DNA of 64,000 bases from assembly GCF_006345805.1 (NCBI RefSeq), contig NW_021829600.1, positions 465 to 64,464 on the forward strand, given 5' to 3'. Made by a program: the position numbers and the translations under genes. Numbering within the stretch: position 1 is the stretch's first letter; each line of letters starts with the position of its first letter. Below the pieces are notes generated by a model. It did no database searches, was not told the origin of the DNA, and was given only the letters and a program-made list of their open reading frames with translations. This document shows, piece after piece, positions 40,510 through 56,879 of the stretch. This DNA is from Octopus sinensis. Lineage: Eukaryota.

Positions 40510-41699
40510 GTTTCAAATTTTGGCACAAGGTCAGCAATTTTGGGGTAGGTAAAGTCGATTATACTGACTCCAGTGCTTAACTGCTATTTATTTTATCGAC
40601 TTCGGAAGGATGATAGGCAAAGTCGATCTTGGTGGACAATAGTACTAAAAGAAAATTCAAGGTAATTTTTCGTTAGAAAAATACCTATTTCTTTATTACC
40701 CACAAGGGGCTAAACATAGAGGGGACAAACAAGGACAGACATAGATATTAAGTCGATTACATCGACCCTAGTGCGTAACTGGTACTTAATTTATCGACCC
40801 CGAAAGGATGAAAAGCAAAGTCGACCTCGGCGGAATTTGAACTCACAACGTAACGCAGACGAAATACCGCTAAGCATTTCGCCCGGCGTGCTAACGTTTC
40901 TGCCAGCTCGCCGCCTTTTCGTTAGAAAAATACCGTAGGCCGCAGTTTACTTGATCTGCTATAAGTAACTATCAAATTTCCCTCAAATCATACCCCTACC
41001 GCCTTAGAAAAAGTTACATTAGATAAAAAAGAAATAACATAGACTGGTGTTCATTACACATAGTGAAAAAGACGTGATGAACTTTGATCGTAACTCTTTT
41101 CGATAGAGACTGACCTGAGTCTTCTCAACAACAAAATGAATAACCGCATTAATCATTTTTTCCATTCAATCCGCCTTATCATCACTATATGACCCCCTCT
41201 CCCTCTCTCTCTCTCATCTTCATTCTAGCAGTCGCTGACCAATAAGATTCTTGAAAACGACATCAACCATGCCAATGTCCTTTCGACAATAGTATATGAA
41301 CGACCTTTGCCTACTGAACTCAGAACTCAACACATGTAAGTCCAGACACTTTAACCGCTTCCCCAATCTCCACTTTGTACCGTGTCCACCCCACCCCACC
41401 CCACATGATTTCAAAGTAAACAATTTGTCAATCTTTTTTTCCTCCAGCACTGTACGTTTTGAAAAATGATCTCCTTACCTTTTATCTTTTACCTGTTTCA
41501 GTCATTGGACTGCGGCCAGAATTTCTTAATTGAAGGAATCGCCCCCAGTTGATTGACTGCTCTTTCTAGCAGATCGACAGTTCGTCTACAGGCATTTTTG
41601 CTGGCTCGTAAATTTTTCCTTCATTTATTCAAAACTTTTCCTGCTGATGCAGCAGATAGCACATTACATCAGCCTTTTAAGTTTCACGTTGATAATGTA

Positions 41700-41771
<72 letters not shown>

Positions 41772-41814
41772 GCTATTGCTGCTGCAGGTGGCGATGCTTA
41801 TTTTCAATGCAAAG

Positions 41815-42192
41815 TAATTCTCTAGAAAAACGACGACGCCGTGGTGATCTCATTCTCGCTCACAACATCATAAGCGGAAAGTGTAACCTCTCGAAAGAGC
41901 TGTTCTTCACTCCTGCTCCAGGGCGTCGGCTGCGGGGTCACTCCGAAAAGCTCTATCTGCGACGATTTCATCTCAATCGAAGGAGAGGGGCTTTCTCGGT
42001 CCGGGTTGCGGATCCGTGGAATAAGCTGCCGGACGAGATAGTGAAGATGCCGACGACCGCTCGGTTCAAAGACTCTCTTGACCAGAAATGGCCTGAACTC
42101 TTTGCATGATCCTCCTCCCTGTACATAACTCTGTGTCCCCCTACATGGCCTTGCTTTTTGCTTTTTGAGCCAAAAAATTAACTTAACTTAAT
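41815..42192 (+). mobile_element. CR1-like LINE 3' fragment
   Basis: SLEKRRRRGDLI...LRGHSEKL...AFSVRVADPWNKLP...FKDSLD C-terminal signature; short 3' UTR ending in (aactt)n. Confidence 0.85.
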
Positions 42193-42660
42193 TAGCCAAA
42201 TGATCATTCTTTCTAATTTTGGCACAAGGCCAGCAATTTTAGAGGGAAAGGAGTCGAATACATCGATCCTAGTACTTGAAAGGTATATATTATTATCGAC
42301 CCCGAAAGAATGAAAGGCAAACTTGACCTCGGCAGAATTTGAACTCAAAACATAAAACAGACGAAATGTTGCAAGGGAATTTTGAGGGAAGGGGCAAGTC
42401 GATTATATTGGCTCCAGTGCTTAACTGGTACATATTCTATCGATCCCGAAAGGCAAAGCCTACATCGGCGGAATTTGAACTCGGAACATAAAGACGGACG
42501 AAATGCCACTAAGCATTTTGTCCGCCATACTAACAATTCTTCCAGATCACCTCCTTAACAGTAATGGCTTCAAAATTTGGTGCAAGGCCAGCAATTTCAG
42601 GGGATGTAGTAAGTCGATTATGTTGACCCCATTGTTCTGACCCCCGAATAATTGTTATTT

Positions 42661-43243
42661 TAAGGCGGCTAGCTGGTAGAAACGTTAGCACGCCGGGCGA
42701 AATGCTTAGCGGTATTTCGTCCGCCGCTGCGTTCTGAGTTCAAATTCCGCCGAGGTCGATCTTGCCTTCCATCCTTTCGGGGTCAATAAATGAAGTACCA
42801 GTTACGCACTGGGGTCGATGTAATCGACTTAATCCCTTTGTCTGTCCTTGTTTGTCCTCTCTGTGTTTAGCCCCTTGTGAGTAGTAAAGAAATAGGTATT
42901 TCGTCTGTCGCTACGTTCTGAGTTCAAATTCCGCCGAGGTCGACTTTGCCTTTCATCCTTTTGGGGTCGATTAAATATGTACCAGTTACGCACTGGGTCG
43001 ATATAATCGACTTAATCCGTTTGTCTGTCCTTTTTTGTCCCCTCTGTGTTTAACCCCTTGTGGATAGTAAAGAAATAGGTTTCGTCTGTTTTTACGTTTT
43101 GAGTTCAAATTCCGCCGAGGTCGGCTTTGTCTTTCATCCTTTCGAGGTCGATAAATTAAGTACCAGTTGCATACTGATGTCTATCTGATCGACTGGCCCC
43201 CACCTCCTCAAAAATTTTGGGCCTCGTGCCCAGAGTAGAAAAG

Positions 43244-43245
<2 letters not shown>
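42661..43245 (+). mobile_element. SINE family B trimer
   Basis: Head plus three ~184-bp bodies joined at aaagaaatag|gt(a)tttcg; similar multimers at 21485-21831(-) and 49432-50002(-); monomers at 4732-4960, 8014-8188, 26931-27165, 34218-34445, 39117-39328, 40680-40917. Confidence 0.8.
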
Positions 43246-43294
<49 letters not shown>

Positions 43295-43692
43295 TCAAAT
43301 TTTTGCCACAAGGGCTGTTTGGGGAGGTGGGGATGAGTCGATTACATCGACCCCAGTATTCAACTGGTACTTAATTTATTGAACCCGAAAAGATGAAAGG
43401 CAAAGTCAACTTCTGCGAAATTTGAACTCAAAACGTTGTGGCAGACGAAATACTGAGACCCCCTTCGGTCATGACTTACCATGGGATTGCACCTAGTCCG
43501 CGCAAGGTTGTTTATGAAAGACCAACAGTCGCCCATGCATACCGGCCTCCCCTCTCCACGCTACCAGTGTTATGCAAGGGAAAGGCAAAGGCCGATACAG
43601 CTTGGCACCTGTGACGTTACAACTAATTTCTACGGCTGAGTGAAATGCTGGTATTTCGCCCGGCGTTTTAATGATTCTGCCAGCTCGCCGCC

Positions 43693-43756
<64 letters not shown>

Positions 43757-44441
43757 CAACAACAACAACAACAACCCTTTCTACTAAAGCCACAAGGCTT
43801 AAAATGGGGGGAAAGGGCTAGTCGATTACATCGACCCCAGTGTTTCACTGGTACTTAATTTATCGGCCTCGAAAGGATGAAAGGCAAAGTCAGCATCGGC
43901 GGAATTTGAACTCAGAATGTAAGAACGTACGAAATGCCGCTAAGCATTTTGTCCGGTGTTCTAACGATTGACTCTAGCGAACCAATTTTTATTCTCCTAT
44001 CAATTAGGTTATCTGTTAATTTTATGCAACACTTCGATGCACTAAAATCAAACGTCACAACGGAAGTTCTGCTCGTGCTTTGTGATAGCCGATAACAAAA
44101 AACGTTATCGATTTATCATACGAATGGAGCTTTTTGAGATTTATAAAAAAAAAAATAAAAAAACACTGACTATTGAATTATCGAGAGATTTGCAGTGATA
44201 GAGGTAAACGGCCGAGGAGATAACACGCCGTACTACAGGAATACCAACTGACGTCTGGAAATATTAGGAGCGGTAGAGTGGCAGGTCAGATTAGTACAAT
44301 ATTGCTCAGGTCCTTATAACCTGGGCTGTGTTAAGAATTATAGAAATAGAATAAATATGATAAGTACTCTCCCCTTCCCACTCCGATACACTCGGTCTCT
44401 TCCTCTGCCCTTTACCACTTTTCTCCCCCCCTACCACTAAC

Positions 44442-44834
44442 AGGTAGATGGCTTCCAGAGGAGAAAAGTAGAAATTGCCTCGTTTTCAGCTCTACAACAA
44501 TGTCCAGCAAACTGGACTCTCCTACCTTTCACAAGAGATGATACAGGTGGTAGTTTCCCATTTATTTGCATTTTGGTTGGATGACGCTTCCACGAGAGAT
44601 TTTGAGCTCTCATAAGGAGGCGAGTGTAAGTTCCATTCAACCGCCTCTCAAGCTTCTTTCATAACTTCCATCTACTCGCAATACCAGAGGGCACACACTC
44701 TCCTACCCTGATGTAATCTCCAGTGATACAGGCATCCAGCAACAGGACCTCCGTAATGCTATGATGGACCGTGAAGTCTGGCGTAGCATGGTAAATTCCA
44801 TTGTCTCGACCACGGTCGAACAATGATGATGATG
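44442..44834. mobile_element. RTE-like LINE 3' fragment with 5' inversion
   Basis: Minus 44670->44445 reads KKLERRLNGTYTRLLMRAQNLSWKRH...FAGHCCR...LLWKPS; plus 44672-44823 continues TRNTRG...NAMMDREVWR; (TGA)n tail; actaac TSD at 44436-44441 and 44835-44840. Confidence 0.85.
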
Positions 44835-45255
44835 ACTAACCGGTGCCACGTCGTTACCATCATTTTTCATCCCCATTTCCTTTTCACGTCGATCGCCAAG
44901 GCGACTAGTCGTGTTCCTCTTGTCCCCTACTTTCCTCTTGTCTCTCCACTTTTTCTGTCGTTTCTAATCCTTTATGATACTCTTCCTGGCATTGCCCATA
45001 TTTTTGTCTCATGTCTAAGCCCAGTGATACGTCATATAAGCCCTAAGGCCTTATTCTGTTTATTTATTTATCTCATTTCATTTTGTTTGTATGCCCATTC
45101 GGTCGTGTTTCTTAAGCGCAGGCATGGCTGTGTGGTAACAAGCTTACTTCCCAACAACATGGTTTCGGATTCAGTCCCACTGCGTGGCACTTTGTCTTCT
45201 GCTATAGTGTCGGGCCATCCAAAGCCCGACGAAAACTAAAAGAAACCCGTCGCAC

Positions 45256-45305
<50 letters not shown>

Positions 45306-45808
45306 ATGTGTATGGTTGTACGCGTGTAATACATGTATATATATGTGTGCTTGTCTTTGCGATTGTGCCCCTGCAGCTTGATAGCTGGTGTTGGTTTACT
45401 TATTTGTAGCTCGGCAAAAGAGACCGATTGAGTAAGAACCAGACTTTAAAAAAAAACAAAAACAGAAGTACTGGTGTCGCTTTGTTGCACTAAGAACGAT
45501 GTCGCAGCATGGTTGCAATCCAATGAAGGAAAAACTAAATTAATAATCTCAGCTGAAAATCGAAAGTGGAATTTCGGTGAATATGAAATGGAAAAGTCGA
45601 TAGACCAACCTAAATACTGTAAGCTCGGTTCTCTAGTATTTCTGAGAAGTCAGTTTGCTAACCTAAATACTGAAGAAAAAAAACACAATAATAATAATAA
45701 CTACAACAATTGCAGTTACAGTGATAATAGGAGTGGTGTTACTCAGGAGATAAACTCAAGTGTTCTGGAGTGCTAGAGAAAGTTCTAATCAATGATATAC
45801 CAGATATA

Positions 45809-45842
<34 letters not shown>

Positions 45843-46239
45843 CAAAGTTTTACAGGTCAATACGTTCTGGTACTCCCACACACCTGGGTTAGAATAAAAT
45901 GTTGATCAAGTCATCATAATAATAAAATTGATTGTTTATGCCACTTAAAGACTATTAAAAGCTCTCGTACTAATGTCCTGTTATTTGTTTTCGTGCACCA
46001 TTTCTGCGTTTTCTCCCCGTCCTTGTTTACGTATACATTCGCTGCGTTTTTCCAAAGAATCTAGTACTCTTAGGCTAGTTTTTCCTTGGGGCTGGCCAGA
46101 TTGGAGCAATATCAAGTATAACCAGCCGAAATTGCAAAGATAATCTGGAACCCGACTGAGGATAGAAAACTCCGAATAACCCGTCATGGTTTTCCTTATA
46201 TCGTCTGTCTGGATGTTTTGCGTTCTTGTCCCATTTTTG

Positions 46240-46276
<37 letters not shown>

Positions 46277-46683
46277 TTATTCTTTTACTTGTTTCAGTCA
46301 TTTGACTGTGGCCATGCTGGAACACCGCCTTTTAGTCAAGCAAATCGACCCCAGGACTTATTCTTTGTAAGCCTAGTACTTATTTGTCGGTCTCTTTTGC
46401 CGAACCGCTAAGTTACAGGAACGTAAACATACCAGCATCGGTTGCCAAGCGATGTTGTGGGGGGGGGACAAACACAGACACACAAACATATACACACATG
46501 TACATATATATACATAAATACGACGGCCTACTTTCAGTTTCTGTCTACCAAATCCAAATCCACTCATAAGGCTTTGGTCGGCCCGAGGTTATAGTAGACA
46601 CTTGCCCGAGGTGCCACGCAGTGGGACTGAACCCGGAACCATCTGGTTGGTAAGCAAGCTACTACTACGCCTATATTTTAATC

Positions 46684-46751
<68 letters not shown>

Positions 46752-46785
46752 CATATACTATACATATACATATACATTACATACA

Positions 46786-46823
<38 letters not shown>

Positions 46824-48385
46824 TATATTATATATATATATATATATATATGCATGTATATATACATATAGATCTAGGTAGGTACATATATATATGTATA
46901 TATGCATATTTTATATGTTATATATATAACATATAAATATATGCATATATACATATATATATATGTACCTACCTACATCTATATGTATATATACATGCAT
47001 ATATGAGTACAGGACATCAAAAATAACGTTGAGCACAATGAGAAACGAAAATATAAAAACTAAAACATGGAAACGAACTTTTTTTTTTCAAACAACGAAA
47101 AAACAGTGCACAAGACATACAACACAAGGAATATTCCCCTCCTTCAGTTGTCCCTGTTTCGTCTACTCCGCGTTCCGAATGTAAGGACCAGAAGCGTCTT
47201 CGTTGAAACAGTCCTTCACGCAAAGCAAATTAAATAAAATTTAGGATTTTTTGCAGATGGGTAAAAGTGGTAACAAGAACAGGACAGTAAGAACAAAACA
47301 AGACTGTAAAAACAATACAAGTAAAAACAGTAAAAGACAAGACAAAGAAATAACACAGTAAAAACAAACGATGAGGGATGTTAAGTCAAGACGATGGAAG
47401 AAATCTAATGAATCGTTCAAACGTGGATGTCATATATCTTGACTTTGCAAAGGCTTTTGATGAGGTTGACCATAGGATGATATGCCACTAGCTACGGGGA
47501 CTTAGCATAGTCGGGAAACTGGGAGAGTGGTTACATGACTTCTTAAAAGACAGAAGCCAGGCTGTAGCAACCAATGGAGCCCTCCCCAAGGAGACCGCAA
47601 TAGAGAGTGGAGTACTTCAGGGAACTGTATTCTGACCGCTACTGATCATGGTGGCCCTTTCAGATATGTCATCAATTACACAGACAACCACACTTTCTAG
47701 CTATGCCGACGACACAAAAGCAGTACAAGAAGTCAAGGAACCTTCTGATGTTAATCTTCTGCAGAAAGATCTAGATGCCATATATATATATAGGCAGGAG
47801 AAAACAACATGCAGTTTAATGCAGGTAAATTCCAAGCTCTCTTCTACCAACTAATTGGTGCTCACAAGCTGCAACAACGATACTTTGGACCAAAATGAGC
47901 AGCAGTACCAAAGTTACATATAGTGCGTGATCTGGGGATTGATATGGGCAAGATGGTTGCAATATGCAGACGCATGGATTCTGAGAATCTTCAGAACAAG
48001 GGACCAGGAAACTATGCTGGTTCTATGAAGGACATTTTTACTCAGCCGTCTGGGCTGCTACTCTCAATTGTGGTCACCCCACAATGTCAAATTAATAGCG
48101 GAACTTGAGGCAATTCAGCGATGCTGCGCCAGAATGATGGAACAGCTGAGCTACTGGGACGGACTGAAATCGGTGGAACAGCTGAGCTACTGGGAGAGAG
48201 TGAAAGAGCTACGACTCTACTCCCTGGAGTGAAGACGGTAGAGGTATACAGTGATATATGTGTGAAGATTCTGGAGGGGCTAGAACCAAACTTTGGTATC
48301 AAGAGCTATACAAGCCCCCGAACTGGACGTTACTGCATTGTTCCCAAGATCCCAGCTATCTCGTCTAGAGTGAGGACCATGTACT

Positions 48386-48721
48386 TACAGTACTTGTACT
48401 TGTGGCGACATTCACCCTGGGCGGGTTGAGTCGGCTTCTTCTACCACCCTCGAGGCAGAAGAAGTTTGGTGGGAATATGTGGATTTCACATGCGGTCCCC
48501 AACAATCCCGCATGTAGAGACATCCTGTTTGCCGAAACAGACACTCCGAGGATTTTCACTAGAGCCCCGTCTGCCGGGTTGTGGCCATAATACCACTCGG
48601 TGTCAGACCAATCCGTCTTGGGTGGCCCTACCAGGAACTGAAGTTCCCGACGGCATAGCTCTGACACTACCCGTTGCCAGCGTCCCCACCACGGTGAGGA
48701 GGGGATGGACTTTGGGGACGC
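48386..48721 (-). mobile_element. 336-bp ribozyme-headed non-coding retroposon
   Basis: TSD atgtact (48379-48385, 48722-48728); 3' tail caagtacaagta; no tRNA A/B boxes; removing it restores the host frame SRVRT-MYCNSLG. Confidence 0.85.
48564..48721 (-). ncRNA. Candidate HDV-like ribozyme with expanded P4
   Basis: P1 gcgtccc/gggacgc, P3-L3 ctcc-tcaccgt-ggtg, P1.1 ca/tg then gcaac, P4 gggt/accc enclosing gtgtcaga/tctgacac, J4/2 ggCaga, P2 ccc(c)/(g)ggg. Confidence 0.6.
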
Positions 48722-49107
48722 ATGTACTGCAATAGCTTGGGACTCAAGGACTCGCAGTTATTTAACACCTTGCCAAAATATCTGAGGGATCTACATGGAA
48801 TGGGGGTAGCTGTTTTCAAGAAACAACTTGACCTCCTGCTACCCAAGATCCCAGATGAACCGATATCAAGGCAGGTAACTCAAAAGAGAGAACTACCTCT
48901 TTCACCAAAAGCTAATCATATAAACAGCCTTGCCCGGACTTATGCCTTAGAATGGAATATTCTAGGTACAATCGCATAGTCATTCATGACTAAAGGGTGT
49001 TTTAATTTTTATTCTGAACAGATACTACTTCCGCCGCTGTTAACGTGTGTGTGTGTGTGTGTGTGTATGTGTCTGTGTGTGTGTGTGTGTGTTTTATAAA
49101 GAGTTCC

Positions 49108-49140
<33 letters not shown>

Positions 49141-50525
49141 CATACATACATACATACATACATACATACATACATACATACATACGTACGTACATACATA
49201 CATACATACATACATACATACATACATACATACATAATGTTGACATGACTAAATCGTGTTAGAATTATTGAAAACATTTTATATTAATTTTAACGTTTAT
49301 TTATTTATTTTGTAACTTCGTTGTTATTTGTACTAAAATATATATCATTATCATTACGTCATATATCATTTCCAACCGGTCACTGACACACTTATTTCCA
49401 TGATATACACGTCCGTGATGATTGCATTAATCTTTTCTGCTATAGGCACAAGGCCTGGAATTTTGGGGGAAGGAGTAAGTCGATCACATCGACCCCAGTA
49501 CTCAACTAGTACTTAATTTATCGACCTCGAAAGGATGAAAGGCAAAGTCGACCTCGGAGGAATTTGAACTCAAAGCGTAGCGGCAGGCGAAATACCTATT
49601 TCTTTACTGCCCACAAGGGGCTACACACCGAGGGGACAAACAAGGACAGACAAACGGATTAAGTCCATTATATCGACCCCAGTGCGTAACTGGTACTTAA
49701 TTTATCGACCCCGAAAGGATGAAAGGCAAAGTCGACCTCGGCGGAATTCGAACGCAGACGAAATACCTATTTTTTTTACTACCCACAAGGAGCAAGAACA
49801 CAGAGGAGACAAACAAGGACAGACAAACGGATTGAGTCGATTATATCGGCCCCAGTGTGTAACTGGTACTTAATTTATCGACCCCGAAAGGATGAAAGGC
49901 AAAGTCGACCTCGGCGGAATTTGAACGCAGAACGTAGCGGCAGACGAAATACCGCTAAGCATTTCGCCCGGTGTGCTAACGTTTCTGCCATCTCGCCGCC
50001 TTAATGATTATATTAATAACGCTGTCGGTATGTGAGTCCTACAGTCTTTAATACGCGGTCTCGTAAGACGGCACCCATTTTAATACCAACCCCTTGAACG
50101 CTCTTAGTAGAGGTAACGTGATGAAAACGTTTAATGACGACCGAGGTTTCTTGTCCATTTCACGTTATCCATCTCATACTTCTTGGCAGTATTTAATATC
50201 AGCTACTTCAGTCTTACTAAACGGTATCGTAGGTAACGCCCCAACACCTCGCCTCCAAGTTATGAAAGTATAATCAGTAATTAAACAATTGCAATTCTCT
50301 CTCACCTCTCTCTCTCTTTCTCTCTCTTTCTCTCTCTTTCTCTCTCTCTCCCTCCCCCCCTCTCTCTCTCTCTCTCTCTGTATGTGCGTATATACAGATA
50401 TATGTGTGTATGACATGCATGCAAATACATGTGTATATATGTGTGTGTTCGTAAATATGTGTGTGTATGTACGTATGTATGTGTGTATGTATATATGTTT
50501 ATATATATTTGTGTGTGTGTGTGTG

Positions 50526-50573
<48 letters not shown>

Positions 50574-50868
50574 TTTAATTCCGAAACGCGGTTAACCTAA
50601 TATCGATAGATTTTCGTTATTGTTCCATTTTGCCTGCGTGGGATTGTTTTCAAGTACTTTGGTTTTTCTGGAGCCCCCTTTTAAGTAGAAGGAATAGCTA
50701 ATATTTTTTGACTGCTATTTCTAAATTCGGTATGTGGTGAAACAAATCATTGCTGAACCCTAATATAAAGTATATATATATATGTTATATATATAGATAA
50801 TATATATATATCTATATATATTATATATATATATATATATAATATTTATATATATATATATTATATAT

Positions 50869-50900
<32 letters not shown>

Positions 50901-51339
50901 ATTATCTTGTTCTCCTTGTTTGTCTCTCACTGTTATATATTTATTTTTCACTGTTTATATATATATTTTTTACTGTTATATGTTTGTACTGTCGTTACCG
51001 TCTTGCTTTTTTTACCCCTCTGCGAAAAGATCTCAGAATTTTTAATTGATTTGCTTTTCGCGGGAAGGAATTTTCTTCGAAGTATACGTCTCGCTTTTAT
51101 CCTTCGAAACGTTTAGTAGATGAAATCTTAGCGAGAAGAAGGGGAATTTTTCGTTGTGCTATTGTCCTGTATCTCTCCCTTTTTTTGCTTGTCTTGTTCC
51201 TTGGTTTGTGTCTATGTGTTTTCGTCTCTCTATGTGTTCGACGTCTTTTTGGTGTCCTGTACAACATATGCGTGTATATGTACATGTAGAGGTAGGTACG
51301 TACATATATGTTTATATATATGCATATATTCTTTTATTA

Positions 51340-51376
<37 letters not shown>

Positions 51377-52317
51377 ATATATATACATGTATGTAGGCGC
51401 AGACATGATTATGTGGTAAGAAGCTTGCTTCCCAACCACATGCTTCCGGGTTCAGTTCAGTGAGCGAGTGTCTTCTACAATAGCCTTGGTCTGACTAAAG
51501 CTTTGTGAGTGGATTTAGCAAACGGAAACAAAAAGAAGCGTGTGTGTGTGTCTGTGTTTGCCCCACCTCCACTTCACAACCGATGTTGGTATGTTTACAA
51601 CCCTCACAACCCCATAACTTAGTGATTCGGCATAAGAGACCAACGAAATAAGTATTAGGCATAAAAAATATATTGAAGTCAATTTGTGTGACTAAAACCC
51701 TTCAAGGCGGTGCCCCAGCATGGCCACAGGCAAATGAATAAAACAAGTAAAAGATAAAAGATACGTGGGTGGGTGTATATATATATATATATATATTATA
51801 TAAAGAGTGCAGAGATTGCAATGAAAACCAGCTGGCAGAGAATTTGCCCGCGGTTAAACTAGTAAGTTACATTCATCTACCACTTTGATTTGGCTATTCG
51901 CTTTACTGTTTAATATCATTTGTTTCCTGAGAAAATATGGCCTCTCCATTTTCACGAATACCGCCATTTCTTTGACTATAGCCAGCGGGGTGGCGTCATT
52001 CGAAGGCTAAAACAATGCGAACGCATTGTGACCAGCGATGTGTAGCAACATTTGATGGTCTGGTCGGTCACGTGATCACGTGATATATTCTATTACTTGT
52101 TTTCGTCACTTGACTGTTGTCATGCTGGAGCACCGCCTTGAAGGATTTTAGTCGAACAAATCGACCCTGGGACTTTTTTAAGCCCAACACTAATTTTATC
52201 GGTTTCTTTTGCTCAACTATCAGGTTACGGGAACCTAAGCACACAAACACCGGTTGTGAAGCGGTCATGGGGGAGGGGAAAATAATACAGACACAAAGAT
52301 ACACACACCAACATACA

Positions 52318-52378
<61 letters not shown>

Positions 52379-52874
52379 AATAAAATAGAACTATGCAATA
52401 TATAAAACATATATGTACGTACCTACCTCTACATGTACATATAACGCATATATGTGTACAGGACATATATATACATACACACACGCGACAGGCTTCTATC
52501 AGTTTCCATCTACCAAATCCACTCACAAGGCTTTGGTCGGCCTGAGGCTATAGAGGCAAGCATCATACCACACAGCCACACATGTATTAATTAGGCTTTG
52601 CCTTTCAGGATCGATAAAAAGAAGATGGATTTAGTGGGGATTTGATGTTGTTGCCTACACGACTGATTTACAACCGATATTGGTTTGTTTACGAGGACGC
52701 AACTTAGCGGTTCGACAGAGTTAAAAAAATATATACTGGGTTCGATTTGTTTTACTTAAGGCAGTGTGGCAACAGGGCCCCAATACTGTTACTTAAAAAA
52801 TATTATGCGTGCGTACGTGCGTGTGTGTATGTGTGAGTGTGTGTGTGTGTTTGTGTATGTGTGTGTGTGGTGTG

Positions 52875-52905
<31 letters not shown>

Positions 52906-53095
52906 TGTTTTATTTCTCAATTTCTCACTATTTCTCTTGCTTTCTCTCTCTATCTCGTTCTCTCCCCACAGAAAATGTATGAGCACCCGTATGTGTGTGT
53001 GTGTGTGTGTGTGTGTGAATGTATGTGTGACTCTGTGTATGTGTGTGTGTGTGTGTGGTGTGCGTATGTGTGTGTGTGTGCGCGCGCGCGTATGA

Positions 53096-53127
<32 letters not shown>

Positions 53128-53414
53128 TGGGTGTGTCTGTGGCTGAATATATTTTTAAGCACTTGAAATTTTTAAAAACACGCTCACGGTGAGTGTCTGA
53201 GAAAGTTCAAAGTTCACATGAGGTTTTGTGTCGTGAGTAAACCAAGTTAAAGGTCCAGTATATACTGTTTAAACACCAGCCTTGAGGCTGTCGTGTTAGT
53301 AGTAACTGAAACAAAAAGGAGTGATGAAATCTATTTTTAAAAATAGATATAGCTGTCACAAAAAAATATTTAAAAAATAAGTGACGAACAGTAAAAGAAG
53401 TCACTAAATGAGGA

Positions 53415-55922
<2,508 letters not shown>

Positions 55923-56879
55923 TATGAATTGCTTGATGTAGCTCAGATACAAAAATGTTAGGAGTAGCTGTGTGGTAAGTTGCTTCCAGATTGAGCCCCA
56001 CTGCGTGGCACCTTGGGCAAGTGTCTTCCACTATAGCCTCGGGCTGACCAAAACCTTGTGAGTGGATTTGGTAGACGGAAACTGAAAGAAGCCCGTCGTA
56101 TATATATGTTTGAGTGTATATATTTGTGTGTGTGTGTTCCCCAACATCGCTTGACAACCGATGCTGGCGTGTTTACGTCCCCCGTAACGTAGCGGCTCGG
56201 CAAAAGAGACCGATAGAATAAGTACTAGGCTTACAAAGAATAAGTCCTGGGGTCGATTTGCTCGACTAAAGGCGGTCCTCCAGCATGGCCGCACTCACAA
56301 TGACTGAAACGAATAAAAGAATCAAAGAATATTGCTACTAGTGACAGACACTCACACACACACAAACACACACACACACACACATACTCATGAATGCGCA
56401 GACATACACACATTATTTTACTTGTTTCAGTCATTCAACTGCAGCCATGCTGGAACACCGCCTTTAGTCGAACAAATCCAAATCTACCCAAAGACTTATT
56501 CTTTGTAATTTTAGTACTTATTCTATTGTTCACTTTTTCCGAACCGCTAGTTACGGGGACGTAAACACACCAACATCGGTTGTGAAGCGATCGTGGGCGG
56601 ACAAACACAGACACACAAATACATACAGGCATACACTTTCCTAATGTTTGTAATTTATTATGCACGCCGGAAAAACAGTGCTGTTCAGTAAAGGTTCGGC
56701 CTAGGTCAAGCAATCCGATCCCGAGGTCTCCTTTGTCGTAGCGCTGGTGTATGTGACCTTATCGGGTTGTTTTTCCTCGATACCCCTAAGAAAAAGTTCC
56801 ACTCTGTTCCACCTTGGTATTTACAGAGATGACGCTCTGGACAGGACCTTTGTGGTTTGAATCCCTATCTCCAATTTTG

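Larger units (their letters stand above)
47415..48885 (+). mobile_element. CR1-like LINE RT/3' region, degenerate, interrupted at 48386-48721
   Basis: VDVIYLDFAKAFDEVDH, SGVLQGTVF*P, SYADDTK, RDLGI, QLFNTLP...FKKQLD; stops and frameshifts. Confidence 0.88.
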
